From Bacteroidia bacterium (GTDB taxonomy: Bacteria > Bacteroidota > Bacteroidia > NS11-12g > UBA9320), in assembly GCA_965216465.1 (NCBI GenBank), contig CBDCFW010000006.1, positions 960,001-1,024,000 of the forward strand: 64,000 bases of DNA, in the 5' to 3' direction. Position 1 is the first letter of the stretch. Every line of letters begins with the position of its first letter. Shown here piece after piece: positions 1-8,927 of the stretch. Position numbers and translations under genes: made by a program. The notes under the pieces are model-generated. The model saw only the letters and a program-made list of their open reading frames with translations, was not told where the DNA came from and ran no database searches.

Positions 1-1
1 T

Positions 2-109
2 TCTTCAATTAACCCTGTTGACGTTGAGAAGGCAGGAGAGAATCCATTTGTGGAAGACTACATAACGAAACCCATTACAGACGAAAATCTAACAAGAATA
101 CTCTCATAA
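2..109 (+). CDS. 3' end of a CheY-like receiver-domain protein (partial, runs in from window start)
   Basis: Frame 2 translates SSINPVDVEKAGENPFVEDYITKPITDENLTRILS*, with the receiver-type SS..P.D..KA and YI.KP motifs. Confidence 0.7.
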   Translation, partial: SSINPVDVEKAGENPFVEDYITKPITDENLTRILS

Positions 110-137
110 AAAAAAGGCCCCGAGTAGGGACCTTTTT
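108..137. terminator. Bidirectional intrinsic terminator
   Basis: A-tract, ggcccc-gagta-gggacc hairpin, T-tract, lying between convergent genes. Confidence 0.7.
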
Positions 138-140
138 GGG

Positions 141-911
141 TCATCTGATATAACGGTTCAACGCGTTTATACTACTACTAAATCCAAATCCTTGATTTAC
201 TATAAAGTAGTTCTCAGGATCGGTTGTATTATGATAAGCCATTTTGGCGATATCTAATTTCGATGATTCAAAATCCATTTCGTTCATAAGCACTAAAACT
301 TGACGACTGGTTATTGGGTTGTTTCGCACATATTGTCTTGCGATTGAGAGCCTTTCACTTTCGAAAGATGCTTGTCTAATCATGTTCTGAGCAACATTGA
401 AGTTTGACTGCCTGTTATAACGCGGACCACGGTTATCTCTGTAATCACGTTGGTAGTCATAATCTCTATAGTTTCTGTAATCTCTGTAATCACGTCTTTG
501 AGGTTGTCTAGGACGTTGTCTACGCATTGGTTGTATGCGGTCAACAACTAGTCTACCTCTTGGCGTAATTCGAGCAAACACAACGCTGTTTCTAGGAATA
601 TGTATTCTTCCTCTAAAAAACATCGTATTGTGCCGTGGGTGATTAAACTCATTACCTCTGTAGCGGTAATCTCTATGGTGTCGATGTCCACGATTGCCAC
701 GGTTACGAGCTTCTCTCACAGTTAGCAAATGATTGCCTGGTTGAATAAACTCAATGTTGAATTCACCTCCTCGTGAGAAGTATTGCTGGCCACCAATAAA
801 GGCAGTAGACCTAAATGTATTCGTAGTAAGATATAGTTTGGAGGCCTGCGCTTCCAACGCAGTTAAAGCAGTTAGTACTAAAATGGTTAAAAATGTAATT
901 GTTTTCTTCAT
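141..911 (-). CDS. Secreted DUF4476-like protein with Arg/Asp/Tyr-rich linker
   Basis: Signal peptide; C-terminal SFESERLSIARQ...FESSKLDIAKMAY..TTDPENYF.V...F.FSSS pattern recalled for DUF4476. Confidence 0.7.
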   Translation of the reverse strand: MKKTITFLTILVLTALTALEAQASKLYLTTNTFRSTAFIGGQQYFSRGGEFNIEFIQPGNHLLTVREARNRGNRGHRHHRDYRYRGNEFNHPRHNTMFFRGRIHIPRNSVVFARITPRGRLVVDRIQPMRRQRPRQPQRRDYRDYRNYRDYDYQRDYRDNRGPRYNRQSNFNVAQNMIRQASFESERLSIARQYVRNNPITSRQVLVLMNEMDFESSKLDIAKMAYHNTTDPENYFIVNQGFGFSSSINALNRYIR

Positions 912-1057
912 AATATAATCTCCTTTCTATTTCATTGATAGTAAGTCAATTAACGAGCCGAAAACAAAGCTGTTAAGTTAAAATCGTTGATAATCAACGA
1001 TTTGCACAATTGGCTAGCTGTAAAAACCTGCTTAAAAGTGTATACGAAAATCTACAA

Positions 1058-1082
1058 TTACTCTACAGTAACGGATCACTCT
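1058..1082. other. Left attachment junction carrying the displaced original glmS 3' end
   Basis: Minus strand of 1058-1072 reads GTT ACT GTA GAG TAA (V-T-V-E-stop), the same peptide end as glmS; element sequence ggatcact follows the GTAAC core. Confidence 0.9.
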
Positions 1083-1430
1083 CCAAAGATACCAACCTCC
1101 GAAGACCTATCGAACGGTAAGGGTTACTACCTCACGATGGTATTACAAGTATCCTCTCCCAACCTCTGGACTTCACCGTACAGTGACTACCAGTCAAAGT
1201 TGTTTGAGATCATTAAGACCAAACATGAGGACGAGGGATTGAACTTCGTTCAGATAAGTGATTGGTTGAACGAGAACCACTATAAAACTCCTCGGGGTAA
1301 GGTGTTCAAAGAGAACCATGTCTGGAGTATATACACCAAGAAGATGAGGAGTATCCAACGGTTCTCAAGGGAGAACAATACGGAGGTTCTATCGACTGGT
1401 GTTGATGTAGTCAACTACGTTCCTGATTAA
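1073..1430 (+). CDS. Detached 3' portion (118 aa) of the serine integrase gene; recombinase-like HTH domain
   Basis: In frame with the integrase across the circle junction (shown by ORF 12863-13333 on the minus strand); motif GLNFVQISDWLNENHYKTPRGKVF resembles the integrase recombinase domain. Confidence 0.75.
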
Positions 1431-1554
1431 CCCAACTGATAGGTCTTAGTCTGTTTTAAAAAACTGACGACATATATAGGGGGTTGGGGTTTGTGTTTCC
1501 TTTTACTGTTGTGATTAGTGGTATATATTGAGTAAACTATGGTTATATGTACCT

Positions 1555-2191
1555 CTATATTAGTTCTTTATGTAAGGATTTATATGTCTTCTTTACCTTA
1601 CTTATAGTAGTTTGAGATACTCCTAGTATCCTACTGATATCTTTGTAACTATACCTCTTATCTAGGTATTTAAGGATATCCTTTGACTTCTTACGTTCTA
1701 AGTATTGTTCTGGAGTATATGATGTTCCAACCCTTCGTCCTATGTATACCTCCGGATTGGTCATTTTTTTTTAATCTGATCCCCTCCAATTGTCTTTGAC
1801 GTATGGACTCCCTTTCAAAACTGTACATCACCGACAGGATGGACAATAATAGTTCACTGAACTTGTCTGGATTTCCTTCACTATCAAAGTTCCTGATGTT
1901 GGGATTACGACAGACCACCGTCACGTTGTTTTCAGTGAACAGTTTCCAGTTTGATAGTACATCGATGGTATTCCTCCCAAGACGATCAATTGAGTGAACC
2001 TCAAGGTGGGTTAGTTTACCCTCATCCATGAGTTTCTTTATCTCCTTCCCTTTCCCTCTTTCAAAGAGTGGAACGGAACCAGATATTACATCACAGAACA
2101 CGTAATCGAACCCTTTAAGGTTCTGTAACTGTCTTTTGTGGGTCTGACCTTCATCGGTACTGATACGGGAATAAAACACCTTCATATTCAC
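1555..2191 (-). pseudogene. Serine resolvase/invertase, frameshifted copy (or homopolymer sequencing error)
   Basis: Identical to 12103-12738 but split into 166 aa and 69 aa ORFs by one extra base in the T-run at 1764-1772. Confidence 0.8.
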
Positions 2192-2197
2192 TTCATT

Positions 2198-2316
2198 TTA
2201 TGGGGTAACGCTAATGTACCCTATTAATGGGGTATACGCACTAGTATTGGGGGTGTTTTTAGTACTCGTACGGGTACACCGTAAACTTGGAGTCGAATGG
2301 GTTACGCCAACCAAAT
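2198..2316. promoter_or_regulatory. Putative res site / resolvase operator (copy at ~11978-12096)
   Basis: Directly upstream of the resolvase: imperfect IR atggggta-N9-taccctat, repeated atggg(g)t..cgc units, near-palindrome gtactcgtacgggtac (2262-2277). Confidence 0.5.
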
Positions 2317-2515
2317 ATTGACCGGATGATCCTGGACTAGAGACTCCAGAATCCGTGATTTTACTGGGTGGTTATGTTCCGCCAACCAAATTGTCCCCCA
2401 GGGATCTCGTCCCGGGAGGGGTGGGAGGTGTATCCCCTATTATATAGGTGGGAAAGTAGGATATTAGAGAGTAGACCCTACCTTGAAAAAAATATTTCCC
2501 AATTTTTTCTGGAAA

Positions 2516-2989
2516 TTAGGGTCGGTTGTCAAGATAAAACTGATTGTATGTGTGTAGGAGACCTATTAGAGGGGAGGAGAAGTCAATCTGGTGGGATTTG
2601 TCGAATCCTAGTTCATTTCGGAGGAACTCTTCAAGGATGACTTTATCTTTTTGTTGTAGGTGGAAAACTGAACCTCCGTAATCAATTACATACCTGTCAG
2701 GAATTAAACTATTTTTAAATAATTTTAGTCCGTTATTCGAAGAGGTAACCCTCCTAAATTGTTCAATATTATATCGAAAATCCTCCGTATCCCCTTCTAT
2801 TTCTACGTTTTCATTAAAATTGATCGGATTCTCATCATTTTGAACCGTACGACAATTTTTACCCAAAAAACTTGTAACGGTGAGTCTTATAAAATCGGTC
2901 ATATTCAACCCTGTTTTTTGGAGGTAATTTTGGATTTGGACAAAGGTGTCTTCGTCCACCCTTATTCTAATTTGTTTCGTAAACTTCAT
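2516..2989 (-). CDS. Ribbon-helix-helix (CopG/MobC-like) DNA-binding protein, 157 aa
   Basis: ATG at 2989; N-terminus KQIRIRVDEDTFVQIQNYLQKTGLNMTDFIR fits the RHH pattern; divergent from the polymerase-like gene. Confidence 0.6.
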   Translation of the reverse strand: MKFTKQIRIRVDEDTFVQIQNYLQKTGLNMTDFIRLTVTSFLGKNCRTVQNDENPINFNENVEIEGDTEDFRYNIEQFRRVTSSNNGLKLFKNSLIPDRYVIDYGGSVFHLQQKDKVILEEFLRNELGFDKSHQIDFSSPLIGLLHTYNQFYLDNRP

Positions 2990-3054
2990 ATGATATAAGT
3001 ATCTACTTGTATCACAAAAGACAATATCCCACCTATTTATATTAAAATTGAACA

Positions 3055-4665
3055 GTGATGTTCGGACTAATTCCCTCACATATCGACACAGAAAGGTTGG
3101 TCCAAATTGAAGGATTGAGTAATACCCAAAAGAACAGGTTAAAAGAGGGTATGGACTACTTCCTATCACGAATTACGAAGGGGAACCACTCACTTCATAA
3201 TAACAAGGGTTACGAGATAATAAATGACAAGACCCTCTCAGGAATCATAGGAAAAGAAGAACGATTTTCACGATCCTCTCGTATAAAAAAGATATTATTA
3301 GATGAAGGTATCATTGAAACTAAGAATCACCGTTCAGGTCACTATTCCACTGGTTACAGGTTAACCGAAAAACATAATACAGGTATCCTGAAAAGGGTTG
3401 AGTACAGTAAACGAATAGAGAACAAAATCACCAAACTATTAAAAGAAGGTAGAAGAGAAGAGTTTGAAGAATTTGAAGTGGAGGACCGAAACGTAAACCA
3501 TCAGTATTTATATGATCAATTTGAAAAACATACCATAACTACAAGGACTGAGGTTGGTGAATTCATAAGGGAATTGGGAGTTGAGTTATTACCGAAATTT
3601 CAAAGGAAAAAGAAATTAAAAACAGAGAACTTGAAGTCTCTTTTTAATCATCTCGGTTATTTACTCTCAATGGTTGGATCAATAAATAACGGAGAATTTA
3701 ATCCGAGTACTTCACTATCTAATAATAGACTCAATTCATTATTAACCCGTTTCCCGAAAACACTCAGACCATTTTTACTGATCAATAATGATTCAATCGG
3801 GGAAGTTGATCTGGGAACTTCACAACCATTCATATTATCAACCATATTAGGGGAGGATTTTTTAACGGACAATCAACTGGGTTCTTACAACCTATCAACC
3901 ATATATCCGAAACTTAAAATTCAGATAGACAATGTAGGTGGTATGTCTCCATCCAATAAACCCGGAAATAATAATAAGGTACTATGTGTTTTTCTGGACG
4001 ATGAGAACTACGAGTCACTTTTATCCTTTTCAAATTTTGATTTTCAGGAAGACTTTTATGGACACATCGTATCAGAAGGTAGAATTCGAAATCCTGTCAA
4101 GTTTGGTAAAATTACTAGAGGAGATGTAAAGGGTAAAATAATGATACTCCTTTTTCACAATAATGAGTACCATAGGGAAGATGACCTTATAATACAATTG
4201 GTCAAATCTGTTTACAGTGGGTTGATTGAGTTTATTGAGAGGTTTATCCAAATTTTTGGAGGTAGTGAATTCTCCATACTACTTCAAAGAGTTGAGTCAT
4301 TTCTCGTTCTAGATTCTGTGAGTAGACAGATATTCAGAACTAACAACGACATTCCCATATTTACTATTCACGACTCTGTGATGACTACACGAAAATTTAT
4401 AGAACCCGTCAAGACAATTTTTGAAGATACCATTCAAGAAATAACTCAAAAAAATCCCAACGTCAAGATGACCGATTATACAGAAATTCCGCGAGTAACT
4501 AGTGAATTGGTAGAAGAAATAGAGTCCATAACAACAATTTCTTCTGAGAATATATACGAGAAGAAACGACGATGGATATTCTCCTCAAACATTAAAAAAG
4601 GGATTGACTTATTATTTCCAAAAGAGGATCGAACCGAATGGTATACTCTACTTGGGATTGAATAA
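3055..4665 (+). CDS. Family-A / T7-RNAP-superfamily polymerase-like protein (TV-Pol-like)
   Basis: Motif order R.....T..PK.LR, EVDLGTSQP (motif A), DFY, RGDVK...LF (motif B), LQRVES, FTIHDSV (motif C). Confidence 0.6.
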   Translation: MMFGLIPSHIDTERLVQIEGLSNTQKNRLKEGMDYFLSRITKGNHSLHNNKGYEIINDKTLSGIIGKEERFSRSSRIKKILLDEGIIETKNHRSGHYSTGYRLTEKHNTGILKRVEYSKRIENKITKLLKEGRREEFEEFEVEDRNVNHQYLYDQFEKHTITTRTEVGEFIRELGVELLPKFQRKKKLKTENLKSLFNHLGYLLSMVGSINNGEFNPSTSLSNNRLNSLLTRFPKTLRPFLLINNDSIGEVDLGTSQPFILSTILGEDFLTDNQLGSYNLSTIYPKLKIQIDNVGGMSPSNKPGNNNKVLCVFLDDENYESLLSFSNFDFQEDFYGHIVSEGRIRNPVKFGKITRGDVKGKIMILLFHNNEYHREDDLIIQLVKSVYSGLIEFIERFIQIFGGSEFSILLQRVESFLVLDSVSRQIFRTNNDIPIFTIHDSVMTTRKFIEPVKTIFEDTIQEITQKNPNVKMTDYTEIPRVTSELVEEIESITTISSENIYEKKRRWIFSSNIKKGIDLLFPKEDRTEWYTLLGIE

Positions 4666-4711
4666 GATTAACCCGCGTATTCGTAAGACTTTTTCATTAA
4701 CCTGAGAGGTT

Positions 4712-7669
4712 TCATTTATTTCCAATCTGTTTAACTACTTCCTTATACATAAAATCAACCAACATAGGGAACACCGTTTTTTTCATGACATTTCGGTAGA
4801 AATCCATTCTATCTCCATGATAATCCACCACTGTATCTTTGAATAGATTGTTGAAGTATTCCTTCTTTACATCCTCAGTGTTATTCCCATTGATGACCTT
4901 CATCAACTCATCGTTGGTATTCATTCGTTCTTGAATCTGTTCTAAGGTTACTCTGTCTTCTTCTCCTAAATTCTCACCAAACACCTGGTTGATCTTATCA
5001 ATGATATCCGATAGGAGAACTTTTTCGTCTTCACCTCTACCACCACCTGATTCACCTGAGATACCATAAACTTCACCTTGTTCTTCAACCAACGTAAGGT
5101 TTGTTTCTCCCATCATTTGAATACGGAGTGAATCTAAATCAACGGAATCTACAACCGATACTCTCTCAGACTCTCTCTTCGGTAGTTTCTTATTTAAGAA
5201 CCTCAGAAATACATATGATTTCTCCCATTTAACTTCTCCAAAAGATGAAATCTGAGAGATGTAAGAATACATTCTAATGAAAGATTGAATCTTGGATTTG
5301 AAATCATCCTGTTCATCCTCATTCAACCGTTCATTGTAGGTGTCTACTACAACATCAATGATGGGATGTAATCGTTCATCGGATTCTGAATTGGAGTAGA
5401 ACTCCTTACAGAATTCATCAATTTGATATTGGGTATAGAGACCGAATTGTTCGATTTCAAACAACATCTGGTACAACTTGTCGGGATCAGTTTCCTCGGT
5501 TAATATGGTTGAGGTATAATAAGGTTGAAACGATTCAATGATATCATCAGTTTCGTTTACAAAATCAAGAATAAAGGTATCCGTCTTTCCGGTCTTTGTT
5601 CGGTTCAACCTTGACAGGGTTTGAACACACTGGACGCCACTCAACTTCTTATCGATGTACATTGATTGTAGAAGTGGTTCATCAAACCCTGTTTGGAATT
5701 TATTGGACACAATGAGAATACGAAATCTCGGGTCTTTCAATCCATTAGGTATGGATGTGTTCACCAACCCATTTTCGGTATTTAATGAGGTTTCGGTGTT
5801 CTCCCTTCCATTGTGGGATATTGTTCCACTAAACCCAACTAAACAACTATAGGGTAGATTTCTATCCTTCATTTGTTTTACCATCTCTTCGTGGAAGAGT
5901 ACACAGTGTTTACGAGAACGAACTACCACCATCCCTCTACCTCTTCCGTTGATTTTTTTAGAGGTATTCCTAATGAAATGATCTAAGATGATGGATACCT
6001 TTTGACGAATGGTTTCGGAATGAGAGTCAACGTAGTTCACCAACTCTCTCTTCACCTTACTCTCAGGTACTTCTACATCTTCTTCAGAACTCTGAAGAAC
6101 CTTAAAGTATCGTTTGTAGGTGGTGTAATTCTGAAGAACATCTAAGGTAAACCCTTCGTGAATGGATTGTTTCATCGTGTAGTAATGGAAGGGTACGAAA
6201 TGACCGTCCTCATTCTTTCTACCAAAGAGTTCTAAGGTTTTGTTCTTCGGTGTCCCAGTGAACCCAAAGAACGAAATATGGTTTTGTTTACCACGAGATT
6301 CTATTTCTTTACGAATCAAATCTTCGTAATCTACTTCTTCCTCGTCTTCGTTTACAGAGAGTGATTTTTTTAAGTGTTTAGATGTTTCTCCCGTTTGTGA
6401 GGAGTGAACCTCATCAATCACTACTCCGAATGTATGTCCCTTCAGTTCTGAGATAACCTCAGAAACAAATGGGAACTTCTGAATGGTCGTAATGATGATA
6501 TCCTTTCCTTTCTCTAAGTACTCTCTCAATTGTTTAGAACCCAACTCAACTGGGTTCACAACCCCATCAGTTTGTTCTAATTTGGATACGGTGTTTTGAA
6601 GTTGTTTATCCAACACTTTTCTATCCGTAACCACCAAAATGGTGTCAAACATTCGTTTGGTATCCCCATCTTTTTGGTACAGAGAAGTGAGTGTATGTGA
6701 CAACCAACCTATCTCAAAACTTTTACCAGAACCAGTGGTATGTTGAATGAGGTAATTGTGACCAACTCCTTCTTCCTTAACCGTACTTCTGAGTTTACGG
6801 ATTACATCCAATTGGTGGTATCGAGGGAAGATCTGAACATCAAACTTTTTGGTAACTACCTTACCCTTCTTCGGATCCCATTCTCTATCTGATTCTTCAG
6901 AAATCAATACAAAGTTCTCGATGATATCCAATAAGGAATCAGGAGTTAAAATATCATTCCATAGGTACTCTGTACGGTAATCTCCTTCTACAATTGGGTT
7001 GGTAATTCCCTTGTTGTACGGAAGAAACTTTGTACCTAGTCCTCTGAGTTGAGTACTCATACTCACCTTATCGTTATCTACACAGAAGTGAACCAAACAC
7101 CGTTTGAACTTCAGTAGTGGTTCTTTCGGGTCTCTGTCCTTTTTGTATTGATTTTGTGAATGAAATATGTTTTGTCCAGTTAGTTGGTTCTTCAATTCCA
7201 TTGTAATTATGGGGATCCCGTTCAGGAAGATCACCATATCTATGGAGTTGTTGTTTCGTTTGGAGTAATGGAGTTGTCGAACAACTACAAAACGATTCTG
7301 AGAATAGAGTTGTTGGTGTTCTTCATTCAAAGAAGATTTGGGTTTGAAGTACACCAAATGGAAGTTACATCCTCTTGTTTCAATACCACCTCTCAGAGTA
7401 TCTATGATACCTCTTTGAGAAATGGTTCTATCAATGGTTTTTAGAATGTGGGAATCGGTAGAAGAATCAAACTGAGTGAAGAGTTTATCGTATTCCTCTT
7501 GTTGGGTGGATTTGATGAACTCTATTACATCTTCCTCAACCAAACAGAGTTCTTTATCATACTTAGATTCAAATTCATTAGAATGAGTAAATGAATGGTG
7601 ATACCCATTCTTGAGAAGTGATTTCTCAATCCATTCTTCAAATCGTAGTTCTGTGAATTTCTTACTCAT
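4712..7669 (-). CDS. hsdR: Type I restriction enzyme subunit R
   Basis: N-terminal D-x12-ELK nuclease motif, HTTGSGKS Walker A, DEVH Walker B, FTGTP, QTGFD, QTLSRLNR. Confidence 0.95.
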   Translation of the reverse strand: MSKKFTELRFEEWIEKSLLKNGYHHSFTHSNEFESKYDKELCLVEEDVIEFIKSTQQEEYDKLFTQFDSSTDSHILKTIDRTISQRGIIDTLRGGIETRGCNFHLVYFKPKSSLNEEHQQLYSQNRFVVVRQLHYSKRNNNSIDMVIFLNGIPIITMELKNQLTGQNIFHSQNQYKKDRDPKEPLLKFKRCLVHFCVDNDKVSMSTQLRGLGTKFLPYNKGITNPIVEGDYRTEYLWNDILTPDSLLDIIENFVLISEESDREWDPKKGKVVTKKFDVQIFPRYHQLDVIRKLRSTVKEEGVGHNYLIQHTTGSGKSFEIGWLSHTLTSLYQKDGDTKRMFDTILVVTDRKVLDKQLQNTVSKLEQTDGVVNPVELGSKQLREYLEKGKDIIITTIQKFPFVSEVISELKGHTFGVVIDEVHSSQTGETSKHLKKSLSVNEDEEEVDYEDLIRKEIESRGKQNHISFFGFTGTPKNKTLELFGRKNEDGHFVPFHYYTMKQSIHEGFTLDVLQNYTTYKRYFKVLQSSEEDVEVPESKVKRELVNYVDSHSETIRQKVSIILDHFIRNTSKKINGRGRGMVVVRSRKHCVLFHEEMVKQMKDRNLPYSCLVGFSGTISHNGRENTETSLNTENGLVNTSIPNGLKDPRFRILIVSNKFQTGFDEPLLQSMYIDKKLSGVQCVQTLSRLNRTKTGKTDTFILDFVNETDDIIESFQPYYTSTILTEETDPDKLYQMLFEIEQFGLYTQYQIDEFCKEFYSNSESDERLHPIIDVVVDTYNERLNEDEQDDFKSKIQSFIRMYSYISQISSFGEVKWEKSYVFLRFLNKKLPKRESERVSVVDSVDLDSLRIQMMGETNLTLVEEQGEVYGISGESGGGRGEDEKVLLSDIIDKINQVFGENLGEEDRVTLEQIQERMNTNDELMKVINGNNTEDVKKEYFNNLFKDTVVDYHGDRMDFYRNVMKKTVFPMLVDFMYKEVVKQIGNK

Positions 7670-8927
7670 CCGTAGTTACTTTTAGTTTACCTGTTACCAC
7701 CTCTGAGATAAGAGATTGACGATACTCTTTAAGGAGTTCCATCCTCTTTTCTTCAATGGATATGGTGTTATCTATTAATTGAGTTTGATCATCCAAATAA
7801 TCAACAATTTGTTGTTGTTCATTTAAACTCGGAAATGGGAGATACATACTTAAAAACTCAATTGACGGTAACCTCCATCTTCCAAGAGTAGAAACTCCTC
7901 GACCTAGTCCATAGAAGATTTTCCGGGTATAACATAATTGAAATATGTACAGATAATACTCGTTACAAACTCTGTCATTCGACTTTGTAAAAACTCGATA
8001 ATCAGGACTTGTAACCCCTAGTTGTTTTGACAAATCAACATATCCTGTAATTAAATCCATATGATTCATCACAAAATCATTTTCATAGACAAACTGATAT
8101 TTTGAATAGTCCATTGAGTGTTGTCCTTCGTTGTTCTCCAAATCCTTCACTTTAAGACCTCTTTGAGTTACGGAAAGAACATCATACCCTAATTCACCAC
8201 AAATTCGTTTGTTGATAGAAAAGAGTTGTTTGAGTTTTACAAAATCCCAATGATTGGGGATCCTCCCTATCCACTCCACACCACTATCCTTCATGTCTAC
8301 ATTAGGATTCAATCCTTTTGTAACTACTTCGTTGATCAGAGAGGTTTTTTTCTTTTTAAGTAGTTCAATCTTTCGTTGGGTTTTATCAATCAGTGAATCA
8401 ATGATTGAGGTTTTGGTGTCTAAAAAGGATACGATTTGTTGTTGTTCGGAGAGGGGTGGTAGAGGTAATTTAATGTTTCCGAAAACATCTTTTGTCAAGT
8501 GAGTCATTGTTGAACCGTGAGATTCATTTGAAAGTTCATCAATTACTCCTTGAATGACCCAATAATAGAATTTCCGAATCAATTTTTCATTAAGTTCAAC
8601 TTTGAATATGTGTTGATTTAGAACTCCAACATCTCTTTTCCATTCAAACAAACCAAGTGTGGTAGACCAACTAAAAAGATAATCACCTTTCTTAATGATA
8701 TATTTTGGATCTATTTCCCCATTGTAAAAATTTTCAGAACCTTTACCCTTTGTTAAGTTTTGTATTCGAATGATTAGTCTTCCTGAATCTCCCCAATCAG
8801 TTGGTTTGAATGGATATCCATTTATGTAATCACCAACATATTTCATTTTGGTACGATTCCAATGAGAGGGGATCTCACCAATCCAGTCAACTCCAGAATC
8901 TTTATATGACTCATACCTCTTCATCAT
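7662..8927 (-). CDS. hsdS: Type I R-M specificity subunit
   Basis: Duplicated KDSGV.WIG.IP.HW and P.L.EQQQIV.(F/Y)LD conserved regions flanking two TRDs. Confidence 0.95.
   Translation of the reverse strand: MMKRYESYKDSGVDWIGEIPSHWNRTKMKYVGDYINGYPFKPTDWGDSGRLIIRIQNLTKGKGSENFYNGEIDPKYIIKKGDYLFSWSTTLGLFEWKRDVGVLNQHIFKVELNEKLIRKFYYWVIQGVIDELSNESHGSTMTHLTKDVFGNIKLPLPPLSEQQQIVSFLDTKTSIIDSLIDKTQRKIELLKKKKTSLINEVVTKGLNPNVDMKDSGVEWIGRIPNHWDFVKLKQLFSINKRICGELGYDVLSVTQRGLKVKDLENNEGQHSMDYSKYQFVYENDFVMNHMDLITGYVDLSKQLGVTSPDYRVFTKSNDRVCNEYYLYIFQLCYTRKIFYGLGRGVSTLGRWRLPSIEFLSMYLPFPSLNEQQQIVDYLDDQTQLIDNTISIEEKRMELLKEYRQSLISEVVTGKLKVTTDE

Larger units (their letters stand above)
1068..2570. repeat. Inverted repeat A, left copy (pairs with 11724-13225)
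   Basis: Reverse complement of 11724-13225; the only difference I saw is T9 vs A8 at 1764-1772 / 12522-12529. Confidence 0.93.

Noticed and set aside
2368-2640. ORFs 2368-2640 (+) and 11666-11926 (-) and other short ORFs antisense to long genes
   Set aside because: No recognisable motifs; they overlap control regions or well-supported genes and are treated as shadow ORFs.
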